A stretch of 24,000 nt of DNA, taken from NCBI RefSeq assembly GCF_000633635.1, contig NZ_AYPQ01000007.1:109194-133193 (forward strand), written 5' to 3'. The notes under the pieces are model-generated. The model saw only the letters and a program-made list of their open reading frames with translations. It was not told the DNA's origin and did not search any database. Shown here piece after piece: positions 17,817 through 24,000 of this stretch (position 1 is the stretch's first letter; each line of letters begins with the position of its first letter). Made by a program: the position numbers and the translations under genes. This stretch comes from Enterococcus crotali. GTDB taxonomy: Bacteria > Bacillota > Bacilli > Lactobacillales > Enterococcaceae.

Positions 17817-18338
17817 ATGACCATAGCAAAGGATATGATGGTGAACGACGGCATTCGTGCACGCGAGTTACGTTTGATCGGACAAGACGGTGAACAATTA
17901 GGTGTAAAAACAAAAGTGGAAGCATTGCAGATCGCTGAAACAGCTAACCTAGATTTAGTTTTAGTAGCACCTACTGCGAAACCTCCTGTTGCGCGAATTA
18001 TGGATTACGGGAAATTCCGTTTCGAGACGCAAAAGAAAGAGCGTGAAGCTCGTAAGAAACAAAAAGTGATCAACGTAAAAGAAGTTCGTTTAAGTCCAAC
18101 AATTGACGTAAATGACTTCAATACAAAACTTCGTAATGCACGTAAATTCTTAGAAAAAGGCGACAAAGTGAAAGCTTCGATCCGTTTCAAAGGCCGTGCC
18201 ATTACCCACAAAGAAATTGGTCAGAAAGTTCTTGATCGCTTAGCAGAAGAAACTGCAGATATCGCTACAGTGGAACAAAAAGCGAAAATGGACGGACGCA
18301 GCATGTTTCTAACGCTGGCACCGAAGAATGAAAATTAA
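17817..18338 (+). CDS. infC: Translation initiation factor IF-3
   Basis: [28 protein letters not shown]... is canonical IF-3. The start is ambiguous: ATG 17817 lies only 1 nt after GGAGGTG, while the in-frame ATA at 17823 is at better spacing. Confidence 0.9.
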   Translation: MTIAKDMMVNDGIRARELRLIGQDGEQLGVKTKVEALQIAETANLDLVLVAPTAKPPVARIMDYGKFRFETQKKEREARKKQKVINVKEVRLSPTIDVNDFNTKLRNARKFLEKGDKVKASIRFKGRAITHKEIGQKVLDRLAEETADIATVEQKAKMDGRSMFLTLAPKNEN

Positions 18339-18449
18339 GCTAACAAGCTGATAACTAGTTAATGAAAATTTTTGAGGATGCTAGTTCAACTTTTTCAACT
18401 AATTTAGTTGAACTGTATACGAAATGAAAATGTAGGAGGAAAATTAGTC

Positions 18450-18650
18450 ATGCCAAAACAAAAAACACACCGCGGATCAGCAAAACGTTTCAAACGTACT
18501 GGTAACGGCGGGTTAAAAAGATTCCGTGCGTTTACAAGTCACCGTTTCCACGGCAAAACAAAAAAACAACGCCGTCAATTGCGTAAAGCAAGCATGGTTT
18601 CATCAGGCGATTTCAAACGTATTCGTCAACAATTAGCAAGAATGAAGTAA
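18450..18650 (+). CDS. rpmI: 50S ribosomal protein L35
   Basis: [33 protein letters not shown]..., 66 aa, with SD AGGAGG upstream of ATG 18450. The ORF-track start at 18408 is upstream read-through. Confidence 0.95.
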   Translation: MPKQKTHRGSAKRFKRTGNGGLKRFRAFTSHRFHGKTKKQRRQLRKASMVSSGDFKRIRQQLARMK

Positions 18651-18782
18651 AAAAGCTTTTAGGATGATTTCCTTAAGCGTTTAGTAACAAAGCTTGCTGA
18701 ATTTGAGAATGAAATAATTCATGCAATAACTTAGCAATTAAAATAACTCATAGAGACAATAGATATTTAGGAGGAATTAACC

Positions 18783-19141
18783 ATGGCACGTGTTAAAGGT
18801 GGCGTAGTAGCCGTAAACGTCGTAAAAAGATTCTTAAGTTAGCGAAAGGCTATTATGGATCAAAACATACATTATTTAAAACAGCACAAGAACAAGTAAT
18901 GAAATCATACAGTTATGCATACAGAGATCGTCGTCAAAAGAAACGTGATTTCCGTAAATTATGGATTGCACGTATCAACGCAGCAGCTCGTATGAATGGC
19001 TTGAGCTATTCTAAATTAATGCACGGTTTGAAATTGGCAGAGATTGATATCAACCGCAAAATGCTAGCAGAATTAGCTGTTAACGATGCAGCAGCATTTA
19101 CTGCATTAGCTGACCAAGCTAAAACAGCGTTAAATAAATAG
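18783..19141 (+). pseudogene. rplT: 50S ribosomal protein L20, interrupted by a 1-nt frameshift as sequenced (probably intact in vivo)
   Basis: ATG 18783 follows AGGAGG and encodes MARVKGGVV, then the frame breaks near 18807-18810. The remainder ([48 protein letters not shown]...) continues in the frame of ORF 18899-19141. The repaired length is 119 aa. Confidence 0.9.
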
Positions 19142-19169
19142 TCTTACAAACCTTGATATAGCAACGTTT

Positions 19170-19200
19170 ATCCCTACTCATTTGAGTGGGGATTTTTTTT
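19170..19200 (+). terminator. Intrinsic terminator of rplT
   Basis: Stem ATCCCTACTC pairing with GAGTGGGGAT (one G-U pair), a 4-nt loop, and a T8 run. Confidence 0.8.
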
Positions 19201-19492
19201 GACCCAGATTTTGACCCAGAGATTTACCTTGCTCCATAAAAGCTGCAAAGATGTCAGCTGTTTCCTCTTCATCTTCCTTTTTGTATTTTCTTTTTTTAGG
19301 TTTTGATTGTATTCCATTTTCTTGTATTTCAACTTCTAAGCGTGAGAGCGCAATTTTTGCTTCCTTTATTGTTTTGAAGCCACGACGAGTGGTTTCTTTT
19401 TGTTTACCAGTTAATAGATCTATTCCTAAATATTTTTTTAACATGTATGCAGTAGTACCATTTTTTTTAGTATATTTTTTTATTGAGAGGAA
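19178..19492 (-). pseudogene. Tyrosine-integrase remnant (N-terminal arm-binding domain only)
   Basis: The open frame reads ...IKKYTKKNGTTAYMLKKYLGIDLLTGKQKETTRRGFKTIKEAKIALSRLEVEIQENG..., matching the N-terminus of phage/ICE integrases of Lactobacillales. There is no in-frame start after the stop at 19493-19495 until an internal ATG at 19444. The core-binding and catalytic domains are absent, and the frame runs into the rplT terminator. Confidence 0.65.
19197..19220. repeat. Perfect tandem duplication TTTTGACCCAGA x2 at the island junction
   Basis: 19197-19208 and 19209-19220 are identical. The duplication lies between the rplT terminator and the truncated end of the integrase remnant. Confidence 0.8.
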
Positions 19493-19515
19493 TCATCGTT
19501 TGACTCTAGCTTAAA

Positions 19516-19531
19516 CTGATATCAATATCAG
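19516..19531. promoter_or_regulatory. 16-bp palindrome (operator-like) between divergent island genes
   Basis: CTGATAT-CA-ATATCAG has perfect 7-bp arms. It lies 12 nt upstream of the GTG start at 19544. Confidence 0.35.
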
Positions 19532-19543
19532 AGAGGATTCGCG

Positions 19544-19753
19544 GTGATACAAGCCATTTACTTTTTGATTAATCATGGATTACCTATCCAACCAAAACTT
19601 ATAGGCAAAAAAGAACATTATGTTTGGTCTCCAGAATTGGCTGAGAAGTTAATTGATTTTGTCACACAGCATCAACGAATGGACTTAATCCCATTGATTC
19701 AGAACAAAACAAAAAATCGCTCCATCAAAAAGATGGAACGATCACCAAAATAA
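19544..19753 (+). CDS. Hypothetical small protein (island gene)
   Basis: 69-aa ORF with a GTG start 7 nt after GAGAGG. No family recognised. Confidence 0.35.
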   Translation: MIQAIYFLINHGLPIQPKLIGKKEHYVWSPELAEKLIDFVTQHQRMDLIPLIQNKTKNRSIKKMERSPK

Positions 19754-19794
19754 ACTAAACTAATTATAGCAAATATGAAAGGAAATGATTATAC

Positions 19795-20217
19795 ATGGCA
19801 AAAATGTTGAATATGAGAGACTTTGATTTTACAGCAATTGGCACTATTTTTGAATTAGATGAGGTGACACCAAAGTTTGCGACAGAAGAACGAACAAATG
19901 ATCAAGGAAAAACAATTATGGGACAAGATGGGCAACCAAGAAAATTCAATACGGATGAAATCGTTGGATATAAATACTCAGTGACGATCACAGAAGGCAA
20001 TTACAGAAAGCAATTACAGAAAGCAATTACAGAAAGCAATTACAGAAAGAAAGCGACTCAAGTGACAGTGAATAGTTTAGACAATCCGATTACGAACAAA
20101 GAAATTTTGAAACGAGAGAGTGTGAAATGCAAATTTGTGAATTTGGAGCCTTCTATGATTGGAAATCCGATGTATTTTAAAGCAGATAAAATTCAATTGA
20201 TTGAAATAGGGAAATAA
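19795..20217 (+). CDS. Hypothetical protein, possibly DUF961-like (conjugative-element associated); contains an internal 13-nt tandem repeat
   Basis: 140-aa ORF with SD AAAGGAAA upstream. It loosely resembles Tn916-type DUF961 proteins (VGYKYSV...VTV...KCKFVNLEPSMIG...YFKADKIQLI). A strong terminator follows. Confidence 0.45.
   Translation: MAKMLNMRDFDFTAIGTIFELDEVTPKFATEERTNDQGKTIMGQDGQPRKFNTDEIVGYKYSVTITEGNYRKQLQKAITESNYRKKATQVTVNSLDNPITNKEILKRESVKCKFVNLEPSMIGNPMYFKADKIQLIEIGK
19997..20048 (+). repeat. Tandem repeat GCAATTACAGAAA x4 (13-nt unit) inside a CDS
   Basis: Four perfect copies at 19997-20009, 20010-20022, 20023-20035 and 20036-20048, with a partial match (ACAGAAG) just upstream. 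Confidence 0.9.
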
Positions 20218-20222
20218 AATTT

Positions 20223-20254
20223 AGCAGATGATTGTATGGTCATCTGCTTTTTTT
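20223..20254 (+). terminator. Intrinsic terminator
   Basis: AGCAGATGA (20223-20231) pairs with TCATCTGCT (20240-20248) around an 8-nt loop, followed by a T7 run. Confidence 0.8.
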
Positions 20255-20312
20255 ATTTGATAAAAAATATTATCTTCTTTTACTAGTTTCTAAATATAAA
20301 ACATTAAAAAAA

Positions 20313-20353
20313 TGTCAACTTTGACAGGATTCCGAAAGAATTGTGTCAACTTT
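20313..20353 (+). promoter_or_regulatory. Direct repeats TGTCAACTTT x2 (31-nt pitch), the first forming the palindrome TGTCAA-CT-TTGACA; candidate regulator site/promoter of the rSAM operon
   Basis: Identical 10-mers at 20313-20322 and 20344-20353. TTGACA (20321-20326) lies within the first site. The repeats are 40-80 nt upstream of the rSAM start. Confidence 0.35.
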
Positions 20354-20390
20354 TTTTGATATTCTTATGTTAAATGGAGGAATTTTATTT

Positions 20391-21633
20391 ATGAAAAAAG
20401 AAATAGGCAACCATGTTGAAATTGTATCTAGTAAAGCAAACGGATATGTATTATTGGCTAATACTGTAAATGATCAGTGGATAAGAATATCGAAAGAAAC
20501 ATTTGATATTCTAAAGCAGTTACTCGAAGCAGATTTAGTAGATGATTTAGAATCAAATTTTTTCAATCCTTAGAAGATTTTCAATTTATAAAAAATACAA
20601 TTGAAGAACTTGAAAAAATGAATTTAATTAGTCGTTCAGGCGAGAAGTATGGAGTTGTTAATGAAACGGTATCGATAGAAACAACCCATCGATGTAATTT
20701 ACACTGTGCCCACTGCTGTATGAATGCGTCAAATAATATGAAAGAAGAATCTGATTTGTCTTTAGAGCAAATGAAAGAAATGTTAAATAAGATAATTGAA
20801 TGGAAACCTAAAAGAATTATGCTTAGTGGTGGAGAACCAATGCTTAGAAAAGATTTTTTCTTGATTCTTTCTTATTTACGGAGTAGATATAACGGAACGA
20901 TTATTTTATCCACGAATGGTACGTTTATAAATTCCAAAAATGCTAGTCAACTCGTTAAATGGTAGATCAATTTGAGATAAGTATAGATGGAATAGATGAA
21001 GAAACGTGTTCGGTAGTAAGAGGACGAGGAGTTTTCAAAAAAGTGATTAGAAGTATTGAAATATTGAAAAATTATAACGCTACTGTCATTAATTTATCTA
21101 TGATTTTCTCAGATAAAACCGAACATTTATTAGAACCATTTTACCAGTTAAATGAAAAATTGGAAACAAACCCTATTTGTCGGCTCTTCTCGCCAACTGG
21201 AAGAGGAGAAGAAAATAAGCAATTATTTACAGATAAAACAGAATTTGAAACGTATATTCCCTCTGATTATATGGTTGAGCACTCGGATAAGCCTTTGTCT
21301 ATTTGTTCTTGTACCGCAGGGAAAAAGGAAATATTCATAGATTATCAAGGGAACGTTTATCCCTGCCCTAGTTATATTCGTAGTGAACTCAAAATGGGAA
21401 ATATTTTTAAAATTGACAAATTGACAGATTTAACCGAAAATGGAAGTAGAAAAATATCCTTAACATTAGATAAAATAGATCCTAAGAATTCAGAAAATTG
21501 TTCTGAGTGTGAAGTGAAACTTTTTTGTTGGACATGCCCAGCTTCTATAGATGATTTTAAGTCAAAAGAAGCTTTGGATGATAATTGTCGGCGAATTAAA
21601 CCAGTGTTAATGAAACGGGTTTGGAATTCTTAA
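20391..21633 (+). pseudogene. Radical SAM / SPASM-domain peptide maturase with an N-terminal PqqD-like RRE; two 1-nt frameshifts as sequenced
   Basis: Three ORF pieces (20343-20573, 20618-20965, 20959-21633) join into one protein of about 414 aa if one T is added to the T6 run at 20558-20563 and one base is added at 20957-20961. The CX3CX2C motif (CNLHCAHC) is at 20693-20716. SPASM-type Cys clusters are present (CSCTAGKKEIFIDYQGNVYPCP; CSECEVKLFCWTCP). The N-terminal ~60 aa (VEIVSSKANGYVLLANTVNDQWIRISKETFDILKQLL) resembles a RiPP recognition element. Confidence 0.75.
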
Positions 21634-21648
21634 AAAAGAGGTGATTAT

Positions 21649-22335
21649 TTGTTGGTTAGAAAAATTCTTGTTGTGGAAGATGATATAGACTTAAATGAAG
21701 GAATAAAGTTTGTTCTAGAAAATGATACAACTGAGATTTTTCAAGCGTATTCTCTGACAGAAGCAAAAAAACAAATTAATCAAACATTCGATTTGATACT
21801 ACTTGATATCAACTTACCAGATGGAAATGGTATTGAATTTTGTAAAATAGTCAAACTTCGTTCAAGTAATAGTCCAGTTATTTTTATTAGTGCAAATGAT
21901 ACTGATATAGATGTTATTCGTGGATTAGAATTAGGAGGAGATGACTATATCATAAAACCCTTTAATTTAATGGTGCTCAGAGCAAGAGTGGAAACGGTAA
22001 TTAAAAGATACCATACTCCTATTACTGATGAAAATTATAGTGATCAAAATTATTGTTTTGATTTTGAGACAATGAATTATACTTGCAAAGGACAGGCTGT
22101 ATTTTTAAGTAATGCAGAGCAAAAATTATTAAAAGTATTAGTTAGTAATAGAGGGCAAATAGTGCAAAAAGAAAAGATAATTGAGTTTGTCTGGGGAATA
22201 GATGGAGATTATGTTGAAGAGAACGCTTTGGCGGTTGTAATTAAACGGCTTCGAAAAAAATTGGAAATGGATTCTGGCTCAAAAAATATTAAGAGCATTT
22301 ATGGCATTGGCTATAAATGGGAGAATTTTGAATGA
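21649..22335 (+). CDS. OmpR/PhoB-family response regulator
   Basis: Receiver domain (ILVVEDD, LLDINLPDGNG, IKPF) plus a winged-helix output domain (LLKVLVSNRGQIVQKEKI...GIGYKW). TTG start 6 nt after GAGGTG. Confidence 0.85.
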   Translation: MLVRKILVVEDDIDLNEGIKFVLENDTTEIFQAYSLTEAKKQINQTFDLILLDINLPDGNGIEFCKIVKLRSSNSPVIFISANDTDIDVIRGLELGGDDYIIKPFNLMVLRARVETVIKRYHTPITDENYSDQNYCFDFETMNYTCKGQAVFLSNAEQKLLKVLVSNRGQIVQKEKIIEFVWGIDGDYVEENALAVVIKRLRKKLEMDSGSKNIKSIYGIGYKWENFE

Positions 22336-23314
22336 GTATGAAAAAAAAGTTTCTCATTTTGTTGAATGTTGGCATAGTTTTAACACTAGGAATAAGCATC
22401 TATTATGAAACTACAAAAGCAATTATCTTTTTAGAATTATTTATTTTAGTAGCTATTCAACTAGTATCTTATTATTTTTTTTCAAGAAGTGTATATAATT
22501 TATTAGGAGATTTACATGAGTTACTGTCTACTCCAAATCTTAGCCAATTAGAAATAGAAACAGAAACTGAATTTTCTTCGTTAAAGAACAGATTGATTAA
22601 GTATACAAAAATCGAAGAGTTAAAGCGTGTTGAGAATGAACAATCAAAAAACAGATCGAAAAATTAATTTCAGATATTTCACATCAAACTAAAACCCCGA
22701 TTGCTAATATTATTTTATATAGTGAATTGTTATTAGAAAAAGAGCTAAAAGAAAAAAAATACGTTCAAACTATTACTAATCAAGCTGAGAAATTGCAATG
22801 GCTGATACAGAATTTACTACATCTTTCAAGATTAGAAAATGGGATTATACAATGTAGAAAAGAAGTTTACATGATTAACGATATAATTGTGCCGTGTTTA
22901 GAGCAATATAGAGTAGCATCTGATAATAAAAATTTAGATTTAATCTATGATCAGTTAAAAAATACATCTACATCAATATTTGCAGATCTCAAATGGACTC
23001 AAGAAGCTTTATCAAATATCATTGAAAACAGTGTGAAATACACTGTCGAAGGAAGTGTTCTAGTAGAAGTAGAAGTACAAGATTTATTTGTTTGTATTAT
23101 CGTTTCAGATACTGGGATTGGTATTGATGAAATAGATATGGCACACATTTTTCAAAGGTTTTACCGAAGTCAAAAAGTAAAACACATTCAAGGTGTTGGT
23201 ATAGGTTTGAGTTTAGCCAGAGAAATTATTGAAAAGCAAGAAGGGTATATGATAATTGAGTCTAAAATTGATAACGGAACAAAGGTTAAATTATTTTTAC
23301 CAAAGGAGGAATAA
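22332..23314 (+). pseudogene. Intramembrane-sensing histidine kinase (BceS-like architecture), 1-nt frameshift as sequenced
   Basis: ORFs 22332-22667 and 22727-23314 join if the A6 run at 22646-22651 is read as A7, giving ...NEQSKKQIEKLISDISHQTKTPIANI (H-box). N, G1 and G2 boxes follow (IENSVKYT, DTGIGI, GVGIGLSLA). The N-terminus has two TM helices separated by about 4 residues. The start overlaps the response-regulator stop (ATGA). Confidence 0.8.
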
Positions 23315-23425
23315 TGAGTTCGATTTTTGGGACTTATTATTCCTCTTTATGTCAATTTTGATAGAATTCTAACATAAGCTCGAAAGAATTATTTAATATA
23401 ATTGTTTTAGATAGGAGTGGGAAAT

Positions 23426-24000
23426 ATGAACTCGGTAAAAGTAGTAGATGTATTTAAAAAGTATGATAATGGAATTTTGAAGGTAAATGCTTTGAGAAAC
23501 ATTAATTTAACTATTCAATCTAGTGAATTTGTATCAATAGTAGGCACTTCAGGTAGTGGAAAATCAACTCTTTTAAATTTAATTGGAGGATTAGATTATC
23601 CTTCAAGTGGAGATGTTTTTGTCGATGATGTAAATTTTAAAGATATGAATGAAGAAGAGTTAACTATTTTTAGAAGAAGAAATATCGGTTTTATTTTTCA
23701 AGATTTCAATTTATTACCGTTGTTGAATGTTTATGAAAATATTGTATTACCTATTCAACTGGATGGAAAAAAAATCGATTGCGAATTTATTGATCAAATT
23801 ACTAGACAAATTGGCATACAGGATAAACTTGAATTCTATCCGAGTCAATTATCTGGAGGACAGCAACAAAGAGTAGCGATAGCACGCGCAATTGCTACGA
23901 AACCAGCCATTATTTTAGCAGATGAACCAACAGGGAACTTAGACTCAAAAACAAGTCAAGATGTTCTAGGCCTATTAAAAATGACTGGAAAAAAATATAA
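23426..24000 (+). CDS. ABC transporter ATP-binding protein, MacB/FtsE/BceA-like (3' end outside the window)
   Basis: This gene is not in the ORF track because no stop lies in the window. ATG 23426 follows AGGAGTGG. Walker [11 protein letters not shown]-loop FQDFNLLP, signature [14 protein letters not shown], Walker [12 protein letters not shown]. Confidence 0.85.
   Translation, partial: MNSVKVVDVFKKYDNGILKVNALRNINLTIQSSEFVSIVGTSGSGKSTLLNLIGGLDYPSSGDVFVDDVNFKDMNEEELTIFRRRNIGFIFQDFNLLPLLNVYENIVLPIQLDGKKIDCEFIDQITRQIGIQDKLEFYPSQLSGGQQQRVAIARAIATKPAIILADEPTGNLDSKTSQDVLGLLKMTGKKY

Larger units (their letters stand above)
19197..24000. mobile_element. AT-rich genomic island / integrative-element remnant (right end beyond the window)
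   Basis: It starts at the integrase remnant next to rplT. The cargo is not core-like (rSAM maturase, two-component system, ABC transporter). In lines I hand-counted, GC was about 27% in the island (21661-21720) versus about 50% in oppD (12961-13020). I did not compute GC over the whole region. Confidence 0.5.

Noticed and set aside
19251-19514. An 87-aa + strand ORF opposite the integrase remnant.
   Set aside because: It is a Ser/Phe-rich mirror translation of the integrase frame, with no SD.
20312-20390. The GTG-initiated N-terminal extension of the rSAM ORF (from 20343), and a 15-codon ORF at 20312-20359 (MSTLTGFRKNCVNFF) as a possible precursor peptide.
   Set aside because: Neither has an SD. 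Both are generated by the duplicated TGTCAACTTT motif, which looks regulatory. The ATG at 20391 follows GGAGG.
1-24000. Search for CRISPR arrays, rRNA or tRNA genes.
   Set aside because: I saw no regularly spaced direct repeats and no cloverleaf-like or rRNA-like segments in the intergenic regions by eye. The only tandem repeats are the 12-bp x2 and 13-bp x4 units reported above.

Overview
This is a 24-kb chromosomal segment of a low-GC Gram-positive. Gene content and order fit Enterococcus best; from memory the order is E. faecalis-like, but I ran no search. From left to right the window holds: (1) the tail of an unidentified CDS and a frameshifted PhnB/VOC-like gene; (2) the minus-strand lower mevalonate operon mvaK1-mvaD-mvaK2-fni, with overlapping stop/start codons; (3) a pentapeptide-repeat protein and a FUSC-like membrane protein, both on the minus strand; (4) a 455-nt AT-rich control region with a sigma-A-like promoter and a near-consensus CodY box; (5) oppA, an antisense DUF3899-like gene, then oppB-oppC-oppD-oppF and a strong terminator; (6) a solo TnpB-like gene directly after oppF. 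The TnpB-like gene is the main finding. Its RuvC site is dead (GIDLG is GITLG here, the second CxxC is lost, RuvC-III is degenerate), and it has no tnpA and no IS ends. I read it as a domesticated nuclease-dead TnpB, that is a TldR-type RNA-guided repressor candidate. The structured non-coding DNA after it contains an 11-nt stretch that is the exact complement of the oppA -35 region, which makes it a candidate guide. Further right are two Cof-type HAD phosphatases and an L20-leader-controlled infC-rpmI-rplT operon. From about 19.2 kb an AT-rich island begins, bounded by a truncated integrase. It carries small ICE/phage-like genes, an RRE-fused radical SAM/SPASM maturase with no obvious precursor peptide, an OmpR-type regulator, an intramembrane-sensing kinase and the start of a MacB/Bce-type ABC ATPase. 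Five genes, including the essential rplT, are each broken by a single missing base, three of them in A or T runs. This looks more like assembly error than biology. I recognised no rRNA, tRNA or CRISPR array.
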